From Lama guanicoe (Eukaryota), in contig MU053994.1 of the NCBI GenBank assembly GCA_013239625.1, forward strand, positions 4,383,434-4,447,433: 64,000 bases of DNA, written 5' to 3'. Shown here in pieces: positions 63,722-64,000 of the stretch (the first letter of the stretch is position 1; each line of letters begins with the position of its first letter). The notes beneath the pieces are model-generated. The model saw only the letters and a program-made list of their open reading frames with translations. It was not told the DNA's origin and did not search any database. The position numbers and the translations under genes were made by a program.

Positions 63722-64000
63722 GTAGATATTATGGGGTGAATCTGAATACCCCACCTTCCCCCATTCAGGACTGAGGCCCTCATTCCGCAGCTGCTGGGAG
63801 CTTTGGCAGCTGAAGGTTCTCTGCTAAGACAACCTGACCCAGGGTCAGGTCACGTCTCCTGGAGCCACCTGCACCAGGTGACTTGCTTCACACACCTTTA
63901 TAACAGCCCACAGGTGTCGATCTGAAAGGAACTCCCCTGTAAGCGCCCTGCAGCATCATCTCCATCTTTGAGTTTATTTTCAGGCACTGACCCAAACAGA
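63722..64000 (+). mobile_element. ERVL LTR (LTR16-like), 5' part
   Basis: ttcaggactgaggccctcattccgcagctgctgggagctttggcagctga parallels ttcaagacagaaatactcattctctcaaatactgggagtgttggctgctga at about 20537. Confidence 0.6.

Overview
AT-rich mammalian intronic or intergenic DNA dominated by interspersed repeats. Six tRNA-Ala-derived SINEs of the camelid vic-1 type, with no Alu, Bov-A/BovB or PRE-1 seen, point to a camelid (alpaca, llama or camel) genome. I recognise no host protein-coding exon, functional RNA gene or CRISPR array. The only long, recognisable ORF (45722-47191, 489 aa) is the uninterrupted C-terminal part of LINE-1 ORF2p in a young, 5'-truncated L1; its ATG comes from the target-site duplication. 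The rest comprises old L1M/L1ME/HAL1, L2 and MIR remnants, MaLR/ERV solo LTRs (MER34/39-, MER21-, MLT1-, MLT2-, LTR16-like), DNA transposon MITEs (MER63, MER94, MER82, MER58A, Tigger2a-like) and microsatellites. Family names come from recalled consensus sequences, and boundaries of old elements are approximate. I cannot support a new biological system here. The most interesting signals are scars of retrotransposition and DNA repair: a twin-primed L1 5' inversion, a locally templated ~98-bp insertion next to a captured 3'UTR-like fragment, a deletion of an L1 G-quadruplex tract, and a SINE A-box deletion shared by two copies.
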